Assembly: GCF_001194135.2 (NCBI RefSeq)
Contig: NC_068992.1
Location: 26,291,071 to 26,355,070 of the forward strand
DNA from: Octopus bimaculoides
Taxonomy: Eukaryota
Reading direction: 5' to 3'
DNA: 64,000 nucleotides
Shown: positions 1-12,361 of the stretch, in pieces
Numbering within the stretch: the stretch's first letter is position 1
Layout: every line of letters starts with the position of its first letter
Notes under the pieces: model-generated
Told to the model about the DNA's origin: nothing
What the model saw: the letters and a program-made list of their open reading frames with translations, nothing else
The model's database searches: none
Made by a program: the position numbers and the translations under genes

Positions 1-486
1 TCATTAGGTAAGTAGTACAAGGCAATAAAGAATCTTTGAATGATCTAATTTAACAGAAAGCTTGCTTTTGTGATAGGTTTTGGGAAGCTTTTCTTTTTAC
101 TTTTCTTTCTTTGTTGCTTTATTTGTGAATTAATATCATTCGCTTATATTTTCAAATGATGTAGAATTAAAGTAAATTGTCAGGACTTACTCATGATGCC
201 AGGAAAGCATATTCTAACCTGTGCAGTATTTACAGTATCTGCGTAATTATTCCTAAATAACATGACACTGCCTCAGAAAAACTTAAAAGAGATGTTGTAG
301 AAAACTGGTAATAATGGTACATCCTCACACATGACGAAGGGAATAACTTAGTCACTACAAGTAAAGAGAAGTACATGAAATACGAGAGTGCGTAATAGGC
401 GGTGATATGTAGTCGTGTCTTTACTGGTTTTATTAAGTATACTGTATACTGAAGGGGTCATTATAACAATCCAACATTTCAAGGAT

Positions 487-525
<39 letters not shown>

Positions 526-835
526 NNNNNNNNNNNNNNNNNNNNNNNNNNNNNNNNNNNNNNNNNNNNNNNNNNNNNNNNNNNNNNNNNNNNNNNNNNN
601 NNNNNNNNNNNNNNNNNNNNNNNNNNNNNNNNNNNNNNNNNNNNNNNNNNNNNNNNNNNNNNNNNNNNNNNNNNNNNNNNNNNNNNNNNNNNNNNNNNNN
701 NNNNNNNNNNNNNNNNNNNNNNNNNNNNNNNNGTGTGTTATTTTAAATGGCTTATAAACACCTTCCACGCTGCAATTGTTTTCGTTCCAGCACACGATCT
801 CAGATCAGGTCACTTGCTATGCAAGTGCATCTCCG

Positions 836-869
<34 letters not shown>

Positions 870-1384
870 GTTGATAATTCGTGTGGTCTACATCTGTGTA
901 GATATATAAGTGTTTGTGCAGTTTCAGCTGCAAAAATGCTTGCGTACTTATGAAAGGTATGCATCATTCCCCTCGTATTGATAACAATATTCGCCTCCTT
1001 GATTCTAAATTCCATACAACGTAGCAGTTGTCGAATTATATAATAAATATGCGTTTCTATGCATGTTCGTTCGTTCGGCAAGTGAAAATATGATTTTTAT
1101 CGCCTTTTTCATTACTGCCCCAATATTTATATTTTCGTGGGGTCATCAATAACTCGTCTGTATGCATGTATCACGAATATCGTGATAACTATTATTCATT
1201 TTGTTGTTAATATCACTATCTTACATGTGAGCAATTTTGTCGGTGTTACTGTTAATGCTGAAATTATTGCTACTATGTTGGCAATAGTTCCCAAAAGCCA
1301 AATTATTCTGACCGCGATAAGGAAATCTTCCACCGTTAGTTGCATTGATGTGTAGAAATGAGAAATATATATAAATTGCAATGG

Positions 1385-1450
<66 letters not shown>

Positions 1451-1539
1451 CATATACATACATACACATATATACATATATGCAAGCATAGATACATACA
1501 TACATACATACATACATACATACATACATACATACATAC
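1385..1539. repeat. Compound (GATA)n / (CATA)n microsatellite
   Basis: Directly visible tetranucleotide runs. Confidence 0.97.
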
Positions 1540-1904
1540 GATTGAGATGTTATAGAACATTTTATCACTCGTTTTTTAATATTGAAAATGATATAATAAA
1601 AATATCAACAATGAAAAGAGTAATAATAATAGTAATAATAATAATAACAACAATTGTGACAACAACAATAGTTACAATAATAATTTCCCTTACTCGTTCT
1701 TTGCCAGCATAGCCCATTCATTAACATAAAAGTTGTTTGTGATGTTTGCGTTTGTGGTTGTAACGTAACTCACCTGTATAATTTCCTTCTCAGGAAGCTG
1801 AACTATACTGAGGATCCAACCCTCCTTATGAATGCTAGCAAATGATAACCACCACAGAGGTTAGGAAAACCTAACTAGCCTCCATGTTAGATTTCTTTGC
1901 ATTT

Positions 1905-2273
1905 TCACCGATCTTGGCACTTAGGAAACAGCATTTGACCCGCAATGACTCTTATATTTGTTGGCTTCGTAAATTCATAGACTTCTCTAGAAGCAAATGA
2001 TAGACCATTTGTTTTGTATCCCCAACCCATCCGCAGTTTTAAACATATTGAGTGCTTTATGACCAGCATAAACGATAAACAGATTTCAGTATGTATTGAC
2101 CAGTACATCTGCCAAACAATATTTGTATAACAAAAGCCTTTATAAATTTCTGTGCAATGCATCAACTCATCAAAGTAAACATCACCGCACTCTTCCTTTA
2201 TCATCAATTCGTTTAAATGATTCATCAGTTGTTCCTGGTCCAAATGAGTATCTCCGAGATTCATAAAATACAT
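1905..2273 (-). pseudogene. TIR-domain-like 122-codon open frame (candidate Toll-like receptor remnant)
   Basis: By-eye alignment to TIR consensus: DQEQLMNHL ~ DxEWVxNxL; HCTEIYKG ~ HxRDFxPG; NIVWQMYWSIHTEICLS ~ NIVxAIxxSxKTIxVLS (gapless); KLRMG ~ ELRMA. Very diverged; no HMM run. Confidence 0.35.
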
Positions 2274-4684
2274 GCTTTACGATGTGTTCCGCATGTTTTA
2301 TAGCGTTTTTCCGCTATAGAAAACTATATATTTTCATACACGTTATCTCTCAGTTATTCTTGGTTATTTTCTCTCTTTCATTTTCGGGATTTCCCCGCTG
2401 ACCGCAATAGTCTTACACTCCTGTTGCTTTTCCATTTCTTCACATTTGTCAAAAGATGTGGCTGTCCAGTAGGTTATAGGAGAAGAATGACGTAATTCGG
2501 TTTCATAATCAGCTTTTGGAAGCTAGAAATAGGCAAGCTCTACCCACGTTAACGATTTTACGACTGGAGACGTCTGAGTTGCAGCAACCTTAATAGTAAT
2601 ATGATAATGTTACTGTTCGTACCTTTTCAGCTTCTCCAGGTCCTCAGGACATATGACCTTCAAATCATCTTTACTCGAACATGTGTAGGAAGTGGGCTTG
2701 CTGTACTGAACAGCCAGTCATAAAGCCTTCCTTTCTAAAGGGAAGAACTCCAAATAATGTTGAGGTTTTGCAGATTCATGACAATTTGTGCATATCTACA
2801 GAAAATACATAGCCAAAAGTTACGTCAGTACTGACACCTGCTCATATTGAACCCTGAAAGTTAAAACAAACCGGATATCAGCATCATCTCGGATGTCACG
2901 CCTTTGCGATGCTGCTTTGTGTGGTTATATTTGATGTAATGTTGCCGGTGGTGGTAGTGTTAGATTTATGAGTTGCATATTTGTAATGGTGGTGATGTCG
3001 CTGTTGTCTTTGTTGTTATATACTACTTCGCTTCCTTTGTTATTTCTCTTGTTCTTGTTTTCTTGTAGTTGCTGCCACTGCTTATTACCATGGCAATGAG
3101 TGAAACATTGGTGCTGACCGTGATAGATTGCATTTATTGTCACAATACGCTGCGTTTCATACCATTTTATTTCTATTGTTGTTCTTGATAAACACTGCAT
3201 CGATGGCAGTAGTAGTAGAGTACTGTTATTGTTGACGGTGGTAGTTTTGTTTAGCAGAATTTTGCTGATCTCTTTGTTTCTATTTTTGACATTGTAGCTA
3301 TAATTGTCGCTACTGGTGTTTCCGTTCAGCAATTTACTCCTTTTTAAAAAACTCTATACTTTACAACGGACTGAAGATACAGAGTTTGGCTATTGCACCT
3401 ACCTCCCTTCTTCTGATGAACGAATGCAGAAGTTGGCGCATTCCCACATCAGCTCTTGCAATACTTGTTCTTAATTCAACTGAGCCTTTCATCACTTGTA
3501 AAATCCAAACGCTGTTTGAAATTCGGTGTTCGTGTCTACTTTTATCTATGGTGAGGAACCTTGGTTAAAGAACGAGAAAATACGACCACGAATACAAGCG
3601 ACAGAGATGGAGTTCCTTTAATGATACATCCCAGCACATCAAGTGAGCCTAATTCGCCGTCAAATTTCACTGGGATTTAAACTCACAGTGTTACGGCACA
3701 CAACGAAACATCACATTTTCTTTTTAGTTCTAAAGCAAGTCTGTTTCTTCATTAAATTAATGATAAAAATAATACTAATGGCATCTTCAAAACTGTAGCT
3801 TTTATAATTATTGCATCTTTAGTTACTTTACTATTGTTATGTTTTCTATATACTTAATGATTTATTTCTTAATAACGAAAATAATACAACCAATGCGCAT
3901 ACAAACCTAGCATCAACCAATCATAATTAAATACACATAAATAATTAACATCATTGTTAGATCTCTTTCAAAATGTTTTTCCACCTTTCAGTATTTTACT
4001 GTTTCGTTTCGTTTTGTTTTTTTTTTCTACTTCTTCATTGAAATTTTATTAATTTGATTTTATTGTTGCAGTTTCTTGTCATATTCAATTTTGTTGTATC
4101 TAAATTTGATTGTATATAATTTTACTCTCATTAGTGTTTTTTTTTCTTGCATAATTTTTTTAAGGTTAATTAATTAATTTTGCCTCAGTAAATCTCTAAA
4201 TATATTTTTACGTGGATAAATTTATAATTTTCTCAACTGTTGTGTTTCTATAAATATAGCTGTATTTGTTTTGCACATAAAATGTTCAATGAACTCTGAG
4301 TTTCTAATCAATATCTCTTTTGTTCAGTTAACATTTCTCTCACAAACTATCACTCTTTCACTTAGCTTCAGTTTTATCTTTCTTTCTCTTTTCTATCAAT
4401 TTTCTTTACAAAGAAAGAAAAAATCATCTGAATATGTGAATGTATGAAGATTTGATAAAATAATACAAAAAATGCGTATTTTAAAAAAAGTTGATGTCGA
4501 AAGAAGAATGAAGATGGAGAATTAATTGGTTACCATTGGATATTTATATTCATGTGTGTTTATGGGATTGATAATTTTATTCACTGTATTATGCAATCTC
4601 ATTGAATGTGATTGTGGACAGGTTGGTTTGTTTGCTTATAATATTTTCATTTGTATTTGATTTTATTATGCATGTTTAATGTCA

Positions 4685-4891
4685 CTAATTTTTTCCTAAG
4701 TGTGTTATTTTATTTCCGTACACGTTCATAATAATATATTCGTCCGTGTTTGGAATATTTCTGTTATTTATTTTTGTTAAAGTATCGGCGTTAAATGTTT
4801 CTCTGTCAGCATTACTTTCAGAACATTTCACAGTATTTTCAATAAATAAGAAAACAAATAAATTTAACAGAAATTTGCCCCCAAAATTCAT
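4685..4891 (-). pseudogene. Signal peptide plus LRR N-terminal-like ORF (candidate 5' end of a decayed TLR/LRR gene)
   Basis: MNFGGKFLLNLFVFLFIENTVKC (hydrophobic leader), then LTKINNRNIPNT...MNVYGNKITHL resembling LRRNT plus first LRR; stops and frameshifts follow. Confidence 0.35.
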
Positions 4892-7150
4892 AATATTGGA
4901 AAAGTATATAGCAATTAATAATTGAGAAAATCAAGATAACGAATTACGAAAAACGATAGAGCATCAGACTAAGCATTTCTCCTGTGTTTTTGAGAACTCC
5001 TGTTTTTTTGAAACTCCTGTTTCTTCTTTGTTTTTGTTTTTTTTAAACTGTTTCTACACTACGTACAGATAACAACTCCATTTCTAGAAAACATCAGTAA
5101 TATGCCAAGACCAAATCAGTTTATAACATCTGTATGCGAATACAAAATATGATAATATAAATGCTCCATTAGAAGTATAATTCCTCACTGCAGATAACAT
5201 TCTAGAAAGCAATGAAATCTATATTAATATTTCTAGTATTAAAAATGCGAACAAAGTTATTATGTTTCCACAACAACACGGGCTTTGTGCGGCGTCAGGC
5301 CTGAAAAGCCAGTGTAATTCTAAATATATCGTTGGCAGTGATATTTGGCTGGTATATGGCGAGTGGACAGTGATCACCTAAGAGATAAAGAGACTCAGTT
5401 CCGCCCACATACGTGTGGATGTGGATAGGTGTTTTTATGCCTCATGCATCTATATAAGAAGATATTTCAAAGCCAATACCTCAGTATTTGGTGATATAAG
5501 AGAAACAAACACGTTAACTTAGACATAAAGATTTCCTTTTGTTATTAATACTGCTTCTGTTGATAACTATTTTTTAAAGCAATGATTTTAATTATGGAAA
5601 TAATTTACAACGATGTTAATAAAATCCACCACCTATATATTTAAAAATAAAATACATTATTTATTGAGACCTGTTTTTCGTGCCTTATTTTCATAGTGAT
5701 AACCACCATAATAAAGACAATTTAATTCAAGATGATTTTCATTTTCTCCTTGAAAATTTAATGAGCTCAGTATCACATAAAGTATGATGTCTAGAATCAT
5801 ATATTAAATAAATATTCATGAGCGATTTTAGTTGGTCAAATCTCGCCTCCACAAAATACAATTCTTCTGCAGATTAATTACAGACGAAATGCTAACATTT
5901 ATTATATTAAACCAATATTATTAGCACAACTTTGTCATTAAAAACATTATATTGCCTGGAAACAAAATCCTGATAATGTCGCAAGTCTCCATACTTGTAG
6001 CTGAAGTGTTTGCTGCGGGTAAAAACTGAAATGTGTGTGAGTTGCATCACACATCAGTTATCTCGACTAATTAATAATGAAGCAACGAGGGAATATCTGA
6101 ATGATCGTTTACACTGCTGTAAATGGCAGACAAATCTACCGCAATACATACCTTAAAGAAATGCAAGAGAGACAAGAACATGAAAAAGGGAGAATAAAAT
6201 CTTCACTGCAAACCCCTTTATCTTATATCTACGCTTTAACGACGGATTGGGGAACTTTAGTTTTTCACATTAATACCGTAGCAGTATTTCTTACGTCATG
6301 TCATGTTAGAACAAATATATCATATCATATCATATTAATTATGTGTGTGCTTACGCCAAGTAAACTCTGTGGGTCTTTGAACTTCGGATATAGAGTGACG
6401 AGAATAATACCGAAATGCAATTCATTAAGGGGAAATTAAGTGAACGCAGTAACGTCTCATGCTATAAGAGTTTGATCACATAACGTTCTGTCTTAAACAG
6501 GATGTTTTTTTCTTCAGTTTTTAGTTACAATAGCGTCTGATCACTCTAAGATATTTTCATGCATTTGGATTGATTGAAACTGTGTAGAGGCCTTTCAGAT
6601 TAGATAAATATGCATTTCATAGGCCGAACATTGTTTGAAATTGCTTCACACTGCTTACGACCAAGATTTTCGTTAGAAGTGTGAGTATCGGTAGAATGCT
6701 CAGTCATTTACACGTAACTTTGGTGAGTAGCACGTCCAGAAAATCCAACAACGATATGCTCATCGCCAAAACCGATGGAGGATTCCTCATTACTCAAAAT
6801 ACACATTAAATATAAGAAACTAAATATTATTTTCCACTACACATTAAATATGTCTATGCGCAGATGTTTTGTTTAGATGGAGAGGAATATTAAAATATTC
6901 ACACATTTCCGCGAGGTAATGTGGATATTGTGTAAACCAAGAGTGACGATCGAGCCGCTATTTTCACTCAATATATTCTAATGTTTGTTTTACGTTCCTC
7001 TATGACATTCGGAACATGTTCAAACTTTAATTGTCTTTTTAATAATCAGAAAAATCGTTTCGAATCGGTGATGAATATAATAACTGATATTAAGAATATT
7101 ATGTCTGTCTGTCATGTTCAACATAAACAATGAGACAAAATTCTTTAACG

Positions 7151-7356
7151 TTAGTTTCAAATTTTACCACAAGGCCAGCAATTTTGGGGCAGGGGATAAT
7201 TCGATTATAACGAACCAGGATTCAACTACTAGTTATTCTATCGGCACCGAAAAGAGGAAAGGGAAATTTAACCTTGGTGAAATTTGAAATCAGAATGTAA
7301 CTGCGGACAAAATGCCGCTAAGCATTTTTCCCAGCGTGCTAATGATTCTGCCAGCA
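7151..7356 (-). mobile_element. tRNA-derived SINE, family A, degenerate
   Basis: Reverse complement matches the copies at 55160 and 63101 (gctggcagaatcattagcacgctgg head, B-box-like segment, tail). Confidence 0.85.
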
Positions 7357-8378
7357 ACTTCAAGGTTCTTTGATACTAGTTTCATTTTTTTCATAATCAT
7401 TTTCCTTACCTTGGACGAAAATAGCAGTAATTCTAAAATTTACTAGGGGAGATAACTGCAGTAATCCACTTCTTATGACGGTCTCAGATCCGCAAGCATT
7501 ATTGTTGCTGTTTTTGAGAGGATTTTATAAGAGTGAGGAATACCTGGTTGGTGTGTTTTAGTAATTTAACTAAAGCACACCCATTCGTTTCAAGATTGTT
7601 CCAGTTATTCTAAATGCATCTCTATTTCTGTCATTTCATTAAATACATTCCCATTTTGGAGTTTGATATAAAGATAATTTGGCTACACTTTCTAGCTGAT
7701 TAAACGATCACAATAAGGTTCCCTGTATCCAATGGTGTTTCACGTTAACTGACATGCAAAAAAAATACAAGGAAAAAATTAATGGATTTCAAGCAGCAAT
7801 TAGCTGTGAACAGAAATAGAATTTCGTAATAAAGAAATTTTTTTAATAGGTTTGAATTAGAAATACTTTTTCTTGTCTTTTTTCTTCTTTTTTTTTTTTT
7901 ACTCAATCTCAACTAAAATAGAAATTAATTTCATCAATAATTAAATGAAGCAAAATAACTGAAGGATAAACTGAAGCATGGACTCAAGATTCAGCGAGAA
8001 TAACATCAGGAGTAGCAAACAAACGTATGTATATATATGTGTATATATACATACATATATAAATATATATATATATANNNNNNNNNNNNNNNNNNNNNNN
8101 NNNNNNNNNNNNNNNNNNNNNNNNNNNNNNNNNNNNNNNNNNNNNNNNNNNNNNNNNNNNNNNNNNNNNNNNNNNNNNNNNNNNNNNNNNNNNNNNNNNN
8201 NNNNNNNNNNNNNNNNNNNNNNNNNNNNNNNNNNNNNNNNNNNNNNNNNNNNNNNNNNNNNNNNNNNNNNNNNNNNNNNNNNNNNNNNNNNNNNNNNNNN
8301 NNNNNNNNNNNNNNNNNNNNNNNNNNNNNNNNNNNNNNNNNNNNNNNNNNNNNNNNNNNNNNNNNNNNNNNNNNNNNN

Positions 8379-8550
8379 GTTAGGTTCTGAGTTCAAATTT
8401 CGCCGAAGTCAGCTTTGTCCCTCATCCTTTCGGGGTCGATTAAATATGTACCAGTTACGTTTTGGAGGTCGTGTAATCGACTTAATCCCTTTTTCTGTCC
8501 TTGTTTGTTATCTGTATATTTAGCCCCTTGTGGGCAATAAAGAAATAAAT
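8379..8550 (+). mobile_element. SINE family A, 5' part lost in gap
   Basis: ttctgagttcaaatt B-box and tcatcctttcggggtcgat core shared with other copies. Confidence 0.88.
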
Positions 8551-8828
8551 ATTGCACCCTAGTCGAAGCTTCATTTCATATATTTTCTGTAATTTTTTCA
8601 TATTTCTTCCCTGTTTTCAAGTACGAGTTGTAACAATTTATAAAATGATCTAATTATTCGTCTCGACATATCACAAAATTCCTGTCATTTCTATAGATGC
8701 GATATAGCTATAAAAAATATTCTTTTTCTTTTTACATATCACCGACATAATACAAGTCAATTCATTCAAGAAAATAACTTAAACATCTTTTTTTTTAACG
8801 AATCGATAATGATTGTAATAATTCTTTT

Positions 8829-8938
8829 CTACAAAAGGTACAAAGCCTGCAATTTGGTGCGAGGGAACGAGTCGAATATGTAGATCCAGTTATTCACTGG
8901 TACTTAATTTTTCGACCCTGCCAGCTCGCCGCCTTAAT
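8829..8938 (-). mobile_element. SINE family A with internal deletion
   Basis: Head (ctgccagctcgccgcct) joined directly to the tail half (ctggtacttaatttttcgaccc). Confidence 0.8.
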
Positions 8939-9149
8939 AATGATTATAATAAGGATTTCGTTTTGGCTGCAAGAGTGGCGAAGAATGATCCAATAAAAAG
9001 AAATAATTTGTCGTGGTTCGGTTTCCGTTTGCGTTGCGGCTTTTGCTTTTGCTAGTGGTTACTGATCACACAGTTATATTTGTAACTTTTGTTTTTCTTG
9101 TTATTCCTACTGCTATAGTTACAAACAGTTATTGGTGATGCAGTTGACA

Positions 9150-9670
9150 TATCTGCAGTGGCAAAATCAGTGACAATCACAAGATATTAACTGGGCAAGA
9201 AAAAAAGAGAATGAGCCAACGCACTGGAATATTGGGAAGCTCAACACTAAAATAATAAATGTTAACAATGAAAACATGTTTAGATTTTAAACAAAACTTA
9301 AGGAGAGAACGCTATCACGTGTTGTTAACACGACGAATATGCAAAATACTATAAATAATGATCAGAAAATAATAACCCAGTATAAGATTATAGGCTTTGA
9401 AATACCATATAAATATAGGGAGGGCACCCCAGAAATTGAAGCAACTCAGAAATATCAGGACATAATCGCAAAGATGGAAGACTAAAACACCAATTATTCG
9501 TCTGCTAATTTGTGTTTAATTTACAAAAGTCCCAAGCTGCTGCATAAGAGGCTCATGGATACTGGAATTGGAACTCGCATCGTCGAATTGAAAGGTGCTC
9601 AAAAGACCAATCCCGTATTCCGCAAACATTTTAAGAAAAAATCATGGAATTGTGGTCCTTAGTTAATCTC
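9150..9670 (+). mobile_element. R4/Dong-like non-LTR retrotransposon 3' fragment, highly degenerate
   Basis: Broken frames give FEIPY, QKYQD, RWKTKTPII and IGTRIVEL, matching the restriction-like endonuclease C-terminus of the other copies; followed by (AAC)(AAT)n. Confidence 0.65.
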
Positions 9671-9741
9671 CGTTAACTTTTATAGCATGCAATTTTTGCA
9701 ACAATACCGAAAACAGTAAAAAAAACAGCAACATCAATGAT

Positions 9742-9753
9742 AACAACAACAAC

Positions 9754-9846
<93 letters not shown>
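9742..9846. repeat. (AAC)n(AAT)n microsatellite
   Basis: Directly visible. Confidence 0.97.
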
Positions 9847-9847
<1 letters not shown>

Positions 9848-10129
9848 GTGATGATGGTAATGATAATTTGGAATAACACTTTAAAACCAAGAATATTTGA
9901 GTTTCAGTATAATGGAAATTTGAGAAAGCTGTTACTTTATTTGTGATTATTTAGATAGTTCCGTTCCGATGAACGGCGTAATGAACTTCAGTTGTAATTC
10001 ATTAGATTCAGAACGTAAAGGAACATAAATAAATGCCAGAAAAGATTTCGTCTGCCACTCTGATGATTTGTTCCGTCCATCGACATTTAATGTTAATATT
10101 TATAATTATAATTATAATCATAAAATAGG

Positions 10130-10320
10130 GAAACGTATTAAATTCTTTCATGAAAGGATGTGCACACCTTGTGCAGAGCTTTAAACACAACAATTCAATT
10201 AATACTATTTTGAAACAGGTCTTCTCTTGTTTAAAATGTCAGATGAAAAGCTTTCTTAATGATAATGTTAAATATGAGACTCTACTAAAAAATAAAATTA
10301 TATAGCTTGCGACAAATATA
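10130..10320 (+). pseudogene. LRR-like remnant, about 2.5 repeats in one frame
   Basis: MKGCAHLVQSFKHNNSINTILKQVFSCLKCQMKSFLNDN: N..N spacing of 24, with NxIxxIxxxVFxxL and LxxN in consensus positions. Confidence 0.4.
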
Positions 10321-10624
10321 GTTTAATCGTGGATTACAATTATAAAATGTAAATGAAGCAAATGCTATTTTTTATTGATTAATTACAATCTTTTTGATAT
10401 TTTTGATAATCAAAATTGAAGGTGCATATTCGTGTTCCACGGGATTATAAATTTCGGATGAAAGGAAATACGATCATAGTAAATAAATTAAAAAGAACTC
10501 CTATTAAAATATTTAGAACAAAAGAATATCGCGCTTGGTAACATTTAAAACGAAATGAAGACTGCGTAATGTTGCCACTCGAAAGTATGTGAAAATTCTG
10601 AGACATACATGCTGTTCTATCATT

Positions 10625-10930
10625 CTATTTATTTTAATCATTGGACTGTAACGATGGCGGGGCACTAATTTGAAGAGTTTAATCCAGCACGTCAGCTACA
10701 TTACTTGAAATTAAATCTGGTATTTATTTAATCGGAAGATGCACCGCCACACACGGCTATACAAGTAAACAGAGAGAGGGAGAGAAAGAGAAAAAGAGAG
10801 ATAAATAGAGAGGGAAATGCAGAGAGATACAAAGACAGACAGAGTTATACCAAAAACACTATGGACAAACTTCTCTACCAAATTCATTCACAACCTAATA
10901 GATCCAGGGCTACTGTGGAAGGCAATACTA
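10625..10930 (-). mobile_element. SINE family B, very degenerate
   Basis: tctctaccaaattcattcacaa...gggctactgtggaag and tcattggactgtaacgatgg resemble the reverse complement of family B. Confidence 0.5.
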
Positions 10931-11232
10931 TTATATGCATGTAAAATTTCTTAACCACATACATATAATATATATATATATATATAGGGAGAATTCACAA
11001 AAAAAAAACAACAGACGAAGACAGGTGATGTAGAAAACAAACAGAAGTATTAGTATAACGCTCGAAATTGAAAAAGTCTTTACCGTTTCGAGTCTACGCT
11101 CTTCCACAGAAACAAGGAGAGAAAACAATTTGTGTAGTGGTTAGCGATCTATCATGGTGAATATCTATCTCTCTCTCTATATAAATATAGATATATATAT
11201 ACATACATACATATACACATATATATATATAC

Positions 11233-11266
<34 letters not shown>

Positions 11267-11854
11267 NNNNNNNNNNNNNNNNNNNNNNNNNNNNNNNNNN
11301 NNNNNNNNNNNNNNNNNNNNNNNNNTATACATATATATATATGTAGGTATGTAGATGTATTTTTTATGTATGTATGCATGTACGCATGTGTGTGCTTGTC
11401 TGTGTATGTGTGTGTGTGTGTGAGATAGAGAGATTGGCTATAAGATAGCCACATGCCAGTAGAAAGTATGAAATTGGATAGAAAATTCGTCGGAGAAAGA
11501 TACTGTTTCATGGAGAAAGAAGGACAAATCTTTAGTATTATTCTGCTGGGTCTCTGTGACAAAATCAGCGCTCATATACCGAAGAAAAACTGGAAAAAAG
11601 TGACGGACCATAGGGTCAAAATTGCGTGAGAGAGAATGTCTGAAAAAAATGCAAGAAAACACGATACAAAAGATGGATCTATAAAATTCAGAACGGAAAT
11701 AGGAATCGAAAATTTGATACATCATTAGCAAAAGACATATTTAGAACCAATAAAAGAGACCTGTGAAAGTTATTTAAAATTTAGTGATGATTTTTATATG
11801 ATATTCAATTAAGATGGTTCAAAGGAATCAAGATATTACGCAGAGTACTCCCTC

Positions 11855-12315
11855 TTCTTACTCTTTTACTCTTTTACTTGTTTCAGTCATTTGACTGCGG
11901 CCATACTGGAGCACCGCCTTTAGTCGAGCAAATCGACCCCAGAACTTATTCTTTGGCAGCCTGGTACGTANNNNNNNNNNAACTTATTCTTTGGCAGCCT
12001 GGTACGTATCTTATTCTATCGGTCTCTTTCGCCAAACCGCTATGTTACGGGGACGTAAACACACCACCATCGGTTGTTAAGTGATGTAGGGAGGACAAAT
12101 TCAGAAACAAACATATACACACACATACGTATATACATATATATATATATATATATATACACGACAGGCTTCTTTCAGTTCCCGTCTACCAAATCCACTC
12201 ACAAGGCTTTGGTCGACTCAAGGCTATAGTAGAAGATACTTGCCCAAGGTGCCACGCAGTGGGTATGAACCCGGGACTATGTGGTTAGTAAGCAAGCTAC
12301 TTACCACACAGCCAC
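11855..12315 (-). mobile_element. tRNA-derived composite SINE, family B, near full length
   Basis: Reverse complement matches 20645-21054 and 62408-62790: A/B-box head, internal (TA)/(TG) tract, (AAAGAGT)n tail. Confidence 0.92.
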
Positions 12316-12361
12316 TTTCTAAACTTTGTAAAATAACAATAAGAGCAATAACAATAGTTGT

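Noticed and set aside
1196-1360. Hydrophobic claudin-like phrase FLIAVRIIWLLGTIANIVAIISAL
   Set aside because: Short, open on both strands, starts inside a microsatellite, and has no family-diagnostic motif
2925-3332. 135-aa N/T/K-rich ORF
   Set aside because: Derived from decayed (GTT/GTA/GTG) low-complexity repeats
3412-3455. CTGATGA followed by a GAATGC/GCATTC hairpin
   Set aside because: No GAAA after the stem, so not a hammerhead
5400-5460. CCGCCC and TATATAAG promoter-like motifs
   Set aside because: No downstream gene established, and such motifs are common by chance
11438-11731. TIR-like phrases (YQIFDSY, RNFDP on -; IILL...IPKK on +)
   Set aside because: Both strands give TIR-like readings, which shows the false-positive rate of by-eye matching
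11942-12010. About 28-bp direct repeat flanking a 10-N gap
   Set aside because: Contig-overlap assembly artefact inside a SINE
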